Positions 26,911 through 39,350 of a stretch of 64,000 bases of DNA are shown in pieces. The notes below the pieces were generated by a model. The model ran no database searches, had not been told where the DNA came from, and was given only the letters and a program-made list of their open reading frames with translations. Positions within the stretch are counted from its first letter, which is position 1, and each line of letters starts with the position of its first letter. The translations under genes were made by a program, and so were the position numbers. This DNA is from Chiloscyllium plagiosum (lineage: Eukaryota), in assembly GCF_004010195.1 (NCBI RefSeq), contig NC_057719.1:37200138-37264137 (forward strand), in the 5' to 3' direction.

Positions 26911-27065
26911 TTTGGAGATGCCGGTGTTGGACTGGGGTGTGCAAAGTTAAAAATGACACACCAGGTTATAGTCCACAACCACCCGATGAAGGAGCTGCAC
27001 TCCGAAAGCTAGTGCTTCCAATTAAATCTGTTGAACTATAACCTGGTGTCGTGTGATTTTTAACT
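26911..27065. mobile_element. Penelope-derived fold-back mini-element (family 2) inserted in CR1
   Basis: TSD gag(g/t)tcatct (26901-26910, 27066-27075); inverted arms; hammerhead motif cac-CCGAUGA-a-ggag/cucc-GAA-AG-CU-A-gug at 26980-27014. Confidence 0.85.
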
Positions 27066-28161
27066 GAGTTCATCTGCCTTCCCTGTTAGGCCTCTTGCCT
27101 TGAAATAAATGCAGTTTAATTTATCAGTCCTACCTTGTTCTCTGCTTTGTCCCTGCCTGCCCTGACTGTTTGTCTCGCTTCTTTTCCCAACTGTACAAGT
27201 CTCAGATTGATCTCTTTCCTCACCATCTCCTGCATCTCACCTGAACCTTACTAGTTTAAATCCTCTCGAGCAGCTCCAGCAAATCTCCCTGCCAGTATAT
27301 TAGTCCCCTTCCAATTCAAGTACAATCCATCGTTCTTGTACAGATCACTTCTACCCTAAAAGAGATTCCAATAATCCAAAAATGTAAATCTTTCTCCCAT
27401 ACACCAGCTCCTCAGCCATGCATTCATCTGCTCTAACCTCCTTTTCCTACCCTCACTAGCTCGTAGTACCAGGAGTAATCCAGATATTATTACTCTCGAG
27501 GACCTCCTTTTTAAATTCCTGCCTCTCTATATTTTCCCTTCAGAATCTCAACCTTTTTCCTTCCTATGTCATTGGTTCCAATGTGTACAATGACCTCCTG
27601 GTGGTCCCTCTCCCCCTTGAGAACATTCTGCACCCTCTGAGACACCCTTGATCCTGGCACCGGGGAGGCAACACACCATTCTGATTTTTCGCCACTGGCC
27701 ACAGAAATGTCTTTCTGTGCCTCGGAGTGGGAGAGAAATAGGGTAATGTTTTGAGTTCTGATAATGAACTCAAAACATCTATAGAAGCTATCAGACCTGC
27801 TGTTTTTGGTATTTTCTGTTTTCACTACCTAACTACATCACAAGGCATACCAAGGTCTCACTTGATATTGATAAAGAATAAGGCATCATTCTGAAAAACT
27901 GAAATGAATTGCAGGGTACTGCAGAGTACAGTTTAACAACCTGGTAAGAAATTATAAATAAACTAGTTCTACTTACTTTTTCACATTGGCTCTATTACAG
28001 GTACAATCTTCATGTTTTTTAGGGAATACAGTTTCATGCAAAAGAGAAAATAAAGTAGATGTTTCAAATCTTAAACAGAAAATGCTGGAAATATTTATTA
28101 GGTCAGACAGCAATTGGGGAGTGAGAAACAGAATTATTAGGTTGAACTTGATTTTTAAAAT

Positions 28162-28770
28162 TATTTTCACTCGTGGAATGTGGGTGTTGCTGGCTGTCTA
28201 GCATTTATTGCATAGTTACCCTTGAGAAGGTGATGGTGAGTTGCCTTCTTGAACTGCTACAGTTCATGTGCAGTAGATAGACTCACAATGCTATTTTGGA
28301 AGGAATTCCAGGATTTTCATCCAGAGACAGTGAAAGAATGGCAATATAATTCCTCATCAGGACAGTGAGTGGCTTGGAGGGGAACTTTCAGGTGGTGGTA
28401 ATTCCCATGTATCTGCTGACCTTGTCCTTCTTGATGGAAATGACCATGAATTTGAAAGGTACTGTCTAAGGATCTTCAGTGAATTTCTTTAGTGCATCTT
28501 GTAGATAGTACACACTACTGCTACTGAGCATCAGTGGTGGAAGGGATGGATGTTTGTGGATATGGTGCCAATCATTTGGCCTGCTTTGCCTTGGACAGTA
28601 TCAAGCTTCCTTGATAGTTGTTGAAGCTGCACCCATCCAAGCAAGTGTACAGTTCCCCATCAGAGTCCTGACTTGCACCTTGTAATGGTGGACAGACACT
28701 GGGGGGTCAGGATGTGAGTTACTCACTGCACTCTTATTAGCCACTGACCTGCTCTTGTCGCCAGTGGTGA
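28162..28770 (-). mobile_element. LINE family C 3' fragment
   Basis: YKVQVRTLMGNCTLAWMGAASTT plus the family C tail. Confidence 0.8.
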
Positions 28771-29599
28771 TAGTGAAAGGAGTCTTTCTGACTGGAGAAT
28801 TGGTAGGAGTTCTAAATTGCCTCTGTTCGGAAAGACACACAAATATTGTAAATAATGGTTCCTTTAAGAATGAATCAGAACATGCTCCAGAGATAATATG
28901 AGTAACTGTTGCTCATTAGAGCATATATTTGTGAGCTGTTTTCCCCAGCTACAGAAAGGACAGACAACAGACTAGACTTTGTATCAAACCATAAAATGCA
29001 AGTATACAGTTGTGGAAACCACAATGAGTCCCGTTTCCTGCTTTGTTGAATGGATGACTAAGAATATAACATGGTGGCAATAGATTAATTTCAATCTCTC
29101 TGAATGGGAAGATAAAATAAGAATTTTCTTTCTTCTCTTTCTATAGTACAGAATTGTTTTTATTAACTGGTACCCATGACACGCGGAGTCTGTCAAATTG
29201 ATCAAATATTCTAGTTGATCAAGAGATCCTCACAATCAATGTAAAAACATGCACTTAGTAATTGAAACATAATGCAGAGGGTATAAATGCCACTTTTTGA
29301 GGAGAAATTGTCTCAAAATTGAATCAACTGTTGACATTTCATGTGGCCATTCAATAGAACAAACGTCTACGTACACTGAGGTAAATACATTTTTAAAAAC
29401 TATAATAATTGGACAGAACAATACAGTAATTTTCACAGTATTCGAGGTGTATCAGTTTTGCTGGTTTATCAAGAGTGCCAGTTCGTAAGGTAAAACAAAG
29501 TTTGCTGTTCTTCCTGCTCTTGGTGCAAAATAGCTGAGTTGCATTGCCAGCTCTCCAACCATGATTATTCGCCAGTTATTTTTTGGAACTTGAACCATA

Positions 29600-30760
29600 C
29601 AAACAAGGGATAAATGAGATGGAAATGTAGACAAAGGTTCCTACCCTAATCAAGAGGAAACAAGTATAGCCTTAAAGACAATCTTTATCTTTACCAGGGA
29701 AAAGAAACGTTTGAAGTGAAGTACTTCCACAACTAGAAGCATGTGACTAAAGAGACCAAATAAAAAGACAGCCAAATTTATTACAATTTGTGGCCAAGAT
29801 TTACCAAAGAAGACATTTTGTTGGAAGCCTAAAAGGCATGGTCAACTTTGGTAAATTTAGGAAGAGGAATAGTCGGTCCATGGAAGAATCTATCATGAAC
29901 TTTGAGCAGTTATATGATAGTCTTTACAAAATGATCTAAAACTTCCTGAGTTCATGTGCATACAAATCTCAGTTGGATAGACTTTCGATTTGATAGATGT
30001 ACAACTTTATGGAAAAGATTCTCTTTTTGAACAAATAACTACACCCTAACCAAATTTTTGAGAAAACAATCATTTGCAGCTGCTTTCATGTCACAATTTG
30101 TAAGTTCTGAGTGATACGGCGAATAGAGGACTCCACAATGACTTGAAATTGTCGGTGGGGGGATGTCTAGTCATAGCTGTCAATATAAAGAGGAAGCTGC
30201 TGTAGGACATTCTAATGTGGGACGGGTGGTTTATAGTTTTAATAGATCTGTGAAAACATATGAAACGCTAGATTGGGATGTCTTGCGAAAACATGAACCC
30301 TAGAAGTAGATGGGGAGTAGTTTATAGGCATTTTTGATATAAGTCAATATATCATTATGTAAGGAATCGTCCAAAAAAGGAAAATTGCATATCTAAAGAT
30401 AAGTATTACAGAGATGGTTCTGATGCAGAGTATAATAAGAATGATCATCATGAAAATATTGCATTAACTGCTGAGACATTAAATCAGACCATGAGTTTAT
30501 TGGTTGACAATTCATATAATTGTGCCACATTAGATCATGGTTGCACTTCAACATTGTATGGGGTTGATTGACTCCAGTTACTTGGAAATCTTTGACAAGA
30601 CAGGTAAATGTAAAGTTCAGCAATATGAAAGCACTCCTTTCTTTAAAAGGAGTGATCCTCCCTTGTGAAACAGCGAGATGGCAATATTTCATCAGTGTTA
30701 ATGTGGTCCTAAGTGTTGTATCATTAAATAAGTTTTTGAAGATTGTAATCTCATTAAGAA
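29600..30760 (+). mobile_element. Degenerate Ty1/copia-like gag-protease relic
   Basis: gag-like FGKFRKRNSRSMEESIMNFEQLY, decayed zinc knuckle at 30293-30373, protease-like NCATLDHGCTSTLYG at 30518. Confidence 0.6.
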
Positions 30761-31786
30761 AGATCCTTTTTAACATCATTTTCCTTACCCAACTGTCACC
30801 ATTTTGGCATGCCCATTCCTACTCCTTGACTTGACACTGCACACCATGTCCAGTCTTTCCACCTGCAGCCTCTCCCCATGCTTGACTTTCCAACTTTCAA
30901 ACTGTCCCATGCCCAATCCTCAGCATGAAGTCCAACATCTATTTTAGGGAACCTTTACTGTTGTCACTGGGGTCCACAGCACCTGCATGAGCCATCATTT
31001 TTTTGGTCACATCATAGTTGCTGCCTAATGGCACCCTCTGTGAGAGGACATAGTGCCCCTTCTTGTTGGTTACCACCAACTCCAGGATCTGTTTGGACAC
31101 AATGGAACTGCTACTCTTGGTTGGCTGTACGGCTTTGGTTTTCCTCTGGGTGACAGGATGTCAGTCGTGAAACAGCTTGGTAGTTTTTCCCTCTCCTCTC
31201 TCTCCAACTGCGCCTCTTGACTGGATATGGGGCCTTGAGCTTCCTCCCACTCCATCTCTTTCTGGTCAGCAGAATGTTGGTCATGACTGAGCCCAAAAGG
31301 TTAAAACCCTCAAAGATACTATCAGGCTCGGTGACGAAGAACAAGCAATGGCTTGTGCAGGAGGTCTGATGAGTAAAAGCTTTCTGATGCAGACCTCAGA
31401 CAGCAGTGTCTCCTACTCCACTCTCCTGGAGGATCAAGGAGAGAGTGAGGCTGCAGATTGAAGGACAAATGAAAGGAAGGATCTACAGCAACCAGTGAGT
31501 AAGGAACATAATCAGTGGTGAGCCACAAGTAAACTCAGTACAAAGTGCATCTTTTTCTTTTGTATTTATAGCTTTGATTTATTTTATGTTATTTCATTTC
31601 CCAACATAGGAAGTTAACAATATAAGGTATTTCATCTTACATTGAATTGAACATAATTCCAGTGTTTACATAGTCTCCCATAGGAATCAATGCTTCACTT
31701 CAAGTTATTTCACTTAAAGCTGTGATTTTCAGGATTTTACAGGTACTGTGCTATGAATCAAGGGTCTACCTTTAGGCAGAGCACAC

Positions 31787-31826
31787 ATGATGGTCATGAT
31801 GACGATGATGATGATGATGAAGATGA
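31787..31826. repeat. Imperfect (GAT)n microsatellite
   Basis: gatgacgatgatgatgatgatgaagatgaa. Confidence 0.85.
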
Positions 31827-33036
31827 AGCAATGATATTTGTCTGCATTGTGGTAGGATGTTTTGGTGGATTATTTTTCAAATGTGATACTACGTTAATTA
31901 CTATTCTGAGTTCTAAATCAAGCCAAAGTTCAAGGTAACAACCAGTAATCATCCACTAACAAAACATGTATTCATAAACAGCCAAATTAGCTCAAGCTCA
32001 CCTTTGGCTAATGAGCAGGATTTTAAAAAATTAACGACTAAAAAAAAGGTTGAATATCTGCTTACTAGGGTTTACTTCTTGGAATGGACTTGACAGCTAA
32101 GTATATCAGCAGGAAAATGATTAGACTGGACACTATTGTTTACAAAAATTAAGAGATGGTTGTATCATAAATTTTCAAAAATTTTATGTGAAATTTCATG
32201 CAGACTAATTCCAAAGAATGAACCAAGTAGAATCCAAGTCAAATGAGGACACAGAGGTAGATATAATGGTCAGTCGATGAACCACACATCTCTTCTCAAA
32301 TTAGGAACAAAACCACAAAACCCTCAGAATATGATATTGTTCCTCTCAACAGAAGAAAGTAGAAATATGATGCAATAAATTTTGGTCATGTTCTGTGCAG
32401 AACGATGACTGTCTAAAGCTAACTAAACTGTTAGCAAAACCATTACCAATGGCTTCATTTTTATCACTCTGTTAACCTCATACTCTAACGTCTTAGCTAA
32501 CATGTCACACAGATGAATCCAGGATTTAATGAGGGGCCACTTGCTGGCACTAAAATGCTGGTGGGACCATAGTTTCACACCTAGTGGCAAAACAATATAG
32601 ACGTTCTGCCCAATTTCACTGTGGATATTGTGTGGTGCAAAAGTGTTAGCCCTTTTAAGAAAAAAACTTTTCCAAAAACAAATTAATTAGAATAATGACT
32701 CAAAATAACTACCAAAACAGCACTGTTGATGAGTCAGGAGCTTTTTTTATAAAATGAAGTGCTCCTCTCTATCTATCTGATTGCAAACATTTTGTTGGAG
32801 CCTCAATATTTCACTACATGTTATTCTCTTGTTCCTAATGTGACCAGTGATCATAGTTAACCTTTAAATCTTGAAGTCTTACTTGGATAATAAAAGAGAT
32901 CATTTTCAAACTCATAATGTTTGATGTCATCCATCCTATTAACTTTAGCAGAAAACTTGTATTTGTATAGCACTCTTGATAATCTTGAGAATGTCACAAA
33001 ACATTTTACAGCTAATGAGGCAATTTTGAAGTGTAG

Positions 33037-33456
33037 TCATAGAGTCATAGAGATGTACAGCACAGAAACAGACCCTTCGGTCCAACTCGTCTATGCCGAC
33101 CAGTTATCCCAACCCAATCTAGTCCCACCTGCCAGCACCCGGTCCATATCCCTCCAAACCCTTCCTATTCATATACCCATCCAAATGCCTCTTAATTGTT
33201 GCAATTGTACCAGCCTCCACCACTTCCTCTGGCAGCTCATTCCATACACGTACCACCCTCTGCGTGAAAAAGTTGCCCCTTAGGTCTCTTTTATATCTTT
33301 CCTCTCTCACCCTAAACCTATGTCCTCTAGTTCTGGACTCCCCGACCCCAGGGAAGAGACTTTGTCTATTTACCCTATCCCTGCTCCTCATGATTTTATA
33401 AACCTCTATAAGGTCACTCCTCAGCCTCCGATGCTCCAGGGAAAACAGCCCTAGCC
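33037..33456 (-). mobile_element. CR1 family A 3' end, inserted in a DeuSINE-like tail (32953-33480)
   Basis: Near-identical to the other family A tails; host tail resumes at about 33463. Confidence 0.92.
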
Positions 33457-33846
33457 CATTGACTGTTTTAATATAGGAAACTATAATTGGATAGAGGAGA
33501 TGGATGAAAGAGCAATGCTCAATAATTTCAATTGTGAAAATGCAATGATAACAGCAATCCAGGGAATTTACTTTCTAATTGATAGTTTGCTTAAAGCAAC
33601 ATTCTCGGTCATCGGCTATGAAATTCCTCATTTCCTGTCTCTCAGGAGTGCTCACACTCTTTCCTTATCAGTCCTCTTCAATTCAACCATCTAATGTTCA
33701 AATTCACTAATTAAAGCTGTGTAAAACTACTTCATGATTACAACAGATTACTTAAATTTAAGACAATTGTTCTAATAAATATCAGTTTTTTGTGCCTTAC
33801 AGGTTTAGAGTGGGATCTCTGACCAAGGTGCACATTTCAAGGGTAG

Positions 33847-34257
33847 TCATGATTTGGAGGTGCCAGTATTGGACTGAGGTGGACAAAGTTAAAAATCATA
33901 CAATATGGGTATATATATACAATGCTCCCGTTCCTTTGTTTGGGAGCTTTGCGCTGAACATAGCTGTTCTGCATTCTGTTTTGTTTGGTTTTTCTTTGCT
34001 TTTCTTTCTCTTCTGATATATTAGTTAATTACTTCTTTATTGGTGTTGCTTTGCACAGTGTTAGGATTTGTTTTGTATTATAGGGTAGGTTAGTAGTTAG
34101 TAGGTAAATATATTTACAAAAAAAAAATCACACAACACCAGGTTATAGTCCAACAGGTTTATTTAGAGGCATTAGCTTTTGAAGCACTGCTTCTTTGAAA
34201 GCTAGTGTCTTGAAATAAACCTGTTGGACTATAACCTGGCGTTGTGTGATTTTTAAC
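33847..34257. mobile_element. Penelope-derived fold-back element (family 2) containing an L1 tail
   Basis: TSD tttca(a/g)gggtag (33835-33846, 34258-34269); palindrome at 34123-34257. Confidence 0.85.
33904..34122 (+). mobile_element. L1-like 3' UTR fragment
   Basis: T-rich UTR resembling the 12 kb L1, A-tail, TSD aaaaatca(t/c)acaa at a TT/AAAA site. Confidence 0.7.
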
Positions 34258-34339
34258 TTTCAGGGGTAGGTTGTGCTAGACATTATATTGGTGCCAGTAT
34301 TATTGCAGTCATGGTAAATTTCTACTGGCAGTATGCGAA

Positions 34340-34525
34340 GATGAAATTGAAAGTCACAATAGTCCAACCTCATTATAGAGAGATAGCTGGTGGTGAGTTT
34401 AGCCTGATGGTCACCACGTCTCAGGCCAGGGGCGAAGTTGAGAAAACGGGATCTTTATGGTGATTTCAGTTGGTACAGGAATTGAACCTAAGCTGTAGGA
34501 GTAACTCTGCATAGTAAATCAGCCA
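34340..34525 (-). mobile_element. Probable tRNA-derived SINE
   Basis: B-box ggttcaattcc on minus strand near 34480. Confidence 0.45.
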
Positions 34526-34829
34526 AGAAACATCATGATGATGCAAGCAATGCTACTGTGGAGTTCAACGTTCTTGTTAACATGTTTTTAACCTTGCACA
34601 TTGGACACTTGTTAGGCAGCAGGAAGGACAGCTGACCAGTACTATTTAAAGGTAGCACCAACAATGAAAGTTAGTTGCTGGTTGAATTCTTCAGACTGTT
34701 GCTATGACTTTTGATACTTTCTATTGTTGTTCAAGTTAAAAAGCCTACAGGGTGTGGTGACAAGTTCTCAACGACTTTTTGCTGACTTCAAGGTTACCGC
34801 ACAAACCAATTGTTTCCAGATAGGAGCAG

Positions 34830-35130
34830 AGCATTCCCCGTGATAAATACCATGGATTAGATAATGAATAAAGGTCATGCAAGAGAAATACTCAATAAAT
34901 CTCAACAAAGAACAGGGTGCAAAATATTTGTATTGCAGCAAGAATATGCTCACTGAAGTCTGGCACTTGCAGCATCCATAACTATCACTTCAAAGCAAGG
35001 ACTCTATTGCCAGTGGCAGTGAAGATGATGACCTCTCATCCATTTGTGTCCCTCCAACCTCGAACAAGAGATATTTACAACACCTCATAGCTTTATCATC
35101 GGCTGTTAGTGAGACCCTCAATGGGCAATT
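34830..35130 (+). mobile_element. PIF/Harbinger transposase relic
   Basis: Degenerate NLNKEQG..LTEVWHLQ..LPVAVK resembling the N-terminal part of HARBI1-like transposases. Confidence 0.45.
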
Positions 35131-35454
35131 GGAAACACAGGTGATGTTAATGTTGGTGGTTAGTAGGTGAAGAGGGTCACAGGTAACTTGGTGGTGGAAA
35201 AAGCTATTTAGCTGTATGTAACAGAATTTCCGATACAAAAAAAATTAATAAACTGAAGAGAGCTCACTATGTCAGCTCAGTTGATAGCTCTCTCACACTC
35301 AAATCACAACACTGTGTTCAAATCCCACTCCAGCGTGGAGCACAAATGCCTATGTGGGCAAATGACCATGGGCCTAAAATTGGACATTCGCTCACAATCA
35401 GAGAAATCAGGCCTGACAGAAAATTGATCAAGCTAAATTAAGTAGCAACCAATA

Positions 35455-35785
35455 GCTATTGGCAGCTATCACCAAGGCTTCTTCAATAGTACCTTCCAAA
35501 CCTGTCATTTCTGCAACATAGAGAACAGCAAATATATGGGGACAACACCATCTGGAAGTTCTCCTCCAAGCCACACAACCAGCCTAACTTGAAGTTCTAT
35601 CACTGTTCATTCACTGTCAAATTCCTGAAACTCCTTTCTGAACAGCACTGTGAGTGTACCTGAACTATAGGACTATAGCAGTTCATGAGAAGGTGCTGGT
35701 GTGCCTCTTTCAGGGGCAATTAGAGATAAGCAATGGAATGTGGTGTAGCCATCAATGCCCTTGCCCTGTTAACAAATAAAGAAAA
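35455..35785 (+). mobile_element. LINE family C 3' end
   Basis: accttccaaacc..ggggcaattagagat tail. Confidence 0.7.
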
Positions 35786-35835
35786 TACAGCAAGCGCATT
35801 ATGTAGAGTGGCAGTGATTGGGGAACAAATACTGT

Positions 35836-37362
35836 TGAATTGAATTTATTGTCACATGTACCGAGGCACAGTGAAAAGCTTTGTCCTGTTAACAATACAG
35901 GCAGATCACATAGTTAGGTAGCACAGATGAGTAAATAATTGGTATACAGTTGCAAAAACAAAAACTCAGGTACAGGTAAAGGTTAAGAGCTTGTGAGTCC
36001 ATTCAGTATTCTAACAACAAGTAGGGTAGAAACTATTATGAAACCGGCTGGTGCGTGTGTGCAGGCATCTGTACTTTCTCCCCGAAGGTGGAGGTTGTAG
36101 AGAAGCATTGCCAGGGTGGGATGGATCTTTGAGAATGCTGGTAGCCTTTCCTTGACAGCAGGCTTGGTAGATGGGTTCTATAGATGAGAGGTTGGCCTGT
36201 GTGATTTCCAGGCCGAGTTCACCACTGTCTGTAACCATCTCCGATCTTGAATGATACAGTTGCCGTACCAGGTAGTGATACATCCAGACAGAATGCTGTC
36301 AATGGCGCACCTATAAAAGCTGGCAAGGGTATTCACCATCATGCCAAATTTCTTGAGCTGCCTGAGGAAGAAGAGACATTGTTGGGCCTTTGTAACCAGT
36401 GTGTCCACATGAAGAGTTCAAGATGACCACTTTCAGGAGCTTGGTACTCTCCACTCGTTCCACCTGTACTGTTAATGTGTAGGGGGGGGCATGAGTAACA
36501 TCCCGCCAAAAGTCAATAATGAGTTCCTTGGTTTTGCTGGCATTGAGAGCTAGGTTGTTCTCAATGCACCATTTTTCCAGTCTTCCACCTCCCATCTGTC
36601 GTCTGTTTCATTGCCATCTGAGATTCGACCGACTATGTTGGTGTCATCAGCGAATTTGTAAATGGCATTAGTCTGGTATTTGGTGATGCAGTCTTGGGTA
36701 TACAGTGAGTACAGTAGGGGGCTGAGTACACACCCCTGGGGGGCTCCAGTGTTGAGTGTTAGTGAGGATGTAATATTGTCCCCAATCTTCACTGATTATG
36801 GCCTGTGGATCAGGAAACTGAGGATCCAGTTGCAGAGAGTGGGGCTTAGTCTGAGCTCACTAAGTTTGGTAATCAGTCTCAAGGGGATAATAGTGTTGAA
36901 GGCTGAACTGTAATCAATAAATTAGATTCTTACGTAGTTGTTCTTGGTGTCAAGGTGTTCTAGGGAGGAGTGAAGGGCAAGTGGTATGGCATCTGACGTG
37001 GATTTGTTGGTCCAATACGCAAATTGGAGTGGGTTAAGAGTAGTAAGGAGGCTGGAGTCAATTAATGCTCTGACCAGCCTTTCAAAGCACTTCATGACCA
37101 CCAAATGATAGTCATTGAAACAAGCTGCATGAGCCTGCTTAGGCACAGGGATGATGTTGGCCCTCTTGAAACAGACAGGGGCAATGGCCTGCTGCAGGGA
37201 GAGGTTGAAGATATCCGAGAAGGCCTCTGCCAGTTGAAGTGTGCATGCTCTGAGTGCACACCTGGTACTCCATTTGGTCCCATTGCTTTCCTTGGATTCA
37301 CAAAAAGGAAAACTGATCTGACCTCTGATATAATGACTGTTGGAATAGGTTTATCAGGACTT
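35836..37362 (-). mobile_element. Rex1/Babar LINE, 5'-truncated, disrupted RT
   Basis: VMKCFERLV, PLQFAY, TGAPQGCVLSPLLYSLYT, KFADDT, KTKELIIDF, ILSGCITTWYG; tail gacaataaattcaattcaa. Confidence 0.9.
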
Positions 37363-37371
37363 GAGGACAAA

Positions 37372-37481
37372 CATCTGATGAAGAAGCAGCACTCTGAAAG
37401 CTAGTTGTTGGACTACAACCTGGTGTTGTGTGAATTTTAACTTTGTACATTCCAGGTCCAACATTAATACCTCCAAATCAT
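37372..37481 (+). mobile_element. Penelope-derived terminal fragment (family 2) with hammerhead core
   Basis: CTGATGA(37375-81)..GAAAGCTA(37396-403); homologous to 26911 and 33847. Confidence 0.75.
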
Positions 37482-37838
37482 AAAATGCCAGGGCATAGTA
37501 GACTATGGAGCAAGTGCAGATAAATGGGATTCATGTATCTTGGTGTTTTTTGTTGGCATAGACATGGTGGGCTGAGGGGCTTGTTTCTATGCTGTATGAC
37601 TCTATAACTTGATTATGATGATGTCATTGGCTATTTTGGATGGAAAACCATTTACTCTAAGCTTGCTGCCTGTACAATATACATCCCCGTATTAAAGCTC
37701 CTGCTATTTAACACTTCAGCCTCCAGGTCCTCCTTGGAATGTAACAGCGCCCACATCAATCCAGGAAATGATGGTTTTATATCCTGTTCTTGAATAACTT
37801 AAAATACATTTCCAAATTAGCAGTTTCCAAATCATTTG

Positions 37839-38083
37839 AAATCTCATATATTCTATTGTGATAAGAAAAACATATTAGGCAAAAGTGAGGACTGCAAATA
37901 CTGGAAATCAGAGTCTAGATTAGAGTGGTGCTGGAAAAGCACAGCAAGTCAGGCAGCATCCGAGGAGCAGGAAAATCGATGTTTTGGGCAAAAGCCCTTC
38001 ATCAAGAATCAGTTTGCCAAGAAAAACATATTGTCAATTCCTTTCAAGGCTGAGTAGCAGAGATTCCCCAATATCTTAAAACT
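37839..38083. repeat. 245-bp dispersed direct duplication, copy 1 (contains PLE mini-element 37877-38018)
   Basis: Near-identical to 39106-39350; internal TSD aagaaaaacatatt (37863-37876, 38019-38032). Confidence 0.95.
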
Positions 38084-39105
38084 CTACCATTAGAAATCAC
38101 AGCTCCTTACTACATTGTTTTTAGTACTTGAATGCCTCCTTTATGATCAGATTTCCAACAGTTTTACAGAACATTGTACAGACTGACCACAAGTTCCTCA
38201 TATTTGTAATTTAGCACTTTGACTTTATAGTTCCCTATTCTATGGCCTTATGATTGTTACTGTGCGCTGATTGAATACACTGAGTATTAAGTCAAAAACT
38301 CTTAGGTTTCTTTCAATTTCACTGGTAGTCATTTCAAAACCCATTCTCAAAGCATCTGAGCATATTTTTCCTCCCAGTGCTACACTTTACAATCAATCAC
38401 ATTAAAATTCTTTAATTATTCTGTTTAATTTGATTTTAAAAAGCAATGCCTCAAGCATATAAAAGGTACATTATATTTCCATTTCTATTTTTGATTTTCT
38501 CCAGTGCTCCAACCCACATAAAGCAAACTACTCGTATAATTAAACATATCATTCCACGGGTCATATACTTTGATAGACAAAAGAAGAAAACAGAAAACTA
38601 ATGGACAATTTAGTAAGTGAAGGTTCCCAGATATTCCTTCCCAATTCCTGGAAATAATCAACCAATTTCTAGGAAACCATGGTGACTGGTGTTTGGTACA
38701 TGTAATGACCATGGACAAGGTTTCTTCAGTGTATGTTAAAATTAATATTAATTTCTGATCATGCATAAGTATTGTACAGCTGTGGTGTATACAGGGCTGG
38801 ATTTAATGGGATCCGCTTCAGAAAATAATTCAGGAAAATAAAAATACATAGCCTTCACATAGATGATGGTGGTTTTGTTTATGTACAGGTTGATGGAATC
38901 AGGGGTGGGACGGAGTAAGCATAAAAGTAGTCAAGCCCTGTTTTTCTTTTCAATTAAAGACCTCAGATCAGTTGGGGAAGGTTAACATAATTATGATAAT
39001 TATTTTCCCAAATATGCACTTGAATATGACGGAATATTGTGATAAATACATCTAGGTTTTTCTAATGACCTTTCAAAATTTACAAACTTATGAATGAATC
39101 TAAAT

Positions 39106-39350
39106 AAATCTCATGTATTCTATTGTGATAAGAAAAACATATTAGGCAAAAGTGAGGACTGCAAATGCTGGAAATCAGAGTCTAGATCAGAGTGGTGCTG
39201 GAAAAGCACAGCAAGTCAGGCAGCATCTGAGGAGCAGGAAAATCGATGTTTTAGGCAAAAGCCCTTCATTAGGAATCAGTTTGCCAAGAAAAACATATTG
39301 TCAATTCTTTTCAAGGCTGAATAGCAGAGATTCCCCAATATCTTAAAACT
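39106..39350. repeat. 245-bp dispersed direct duplication, copy 2
   Basis: Offset of 1267 bp from copy 1 at both ends. Confidence 0.95.

Larger units (their letters stand above)
23943..27726 (-). mobile_element. Nearly full-length CR1 family A (ORF1 SGNH esterase fragment plus disrupted ORF2 EN and RT)
   Basis: ORF1 EVIVHIGTNDIGRKK; EN MVGDFNFPNIDW..PTREGAKPDLLL..SNHN; RT KSPGPD, DFRKAFDKVPH, SGVPQ; tail at 23943. Confidence 0.95.

Noticed and set aside
31753..31938. Poly-Asp ORF followed by a hydrophobic stretch
   Set aside because: Produced by a GAT microsatellite; no splice or homology support
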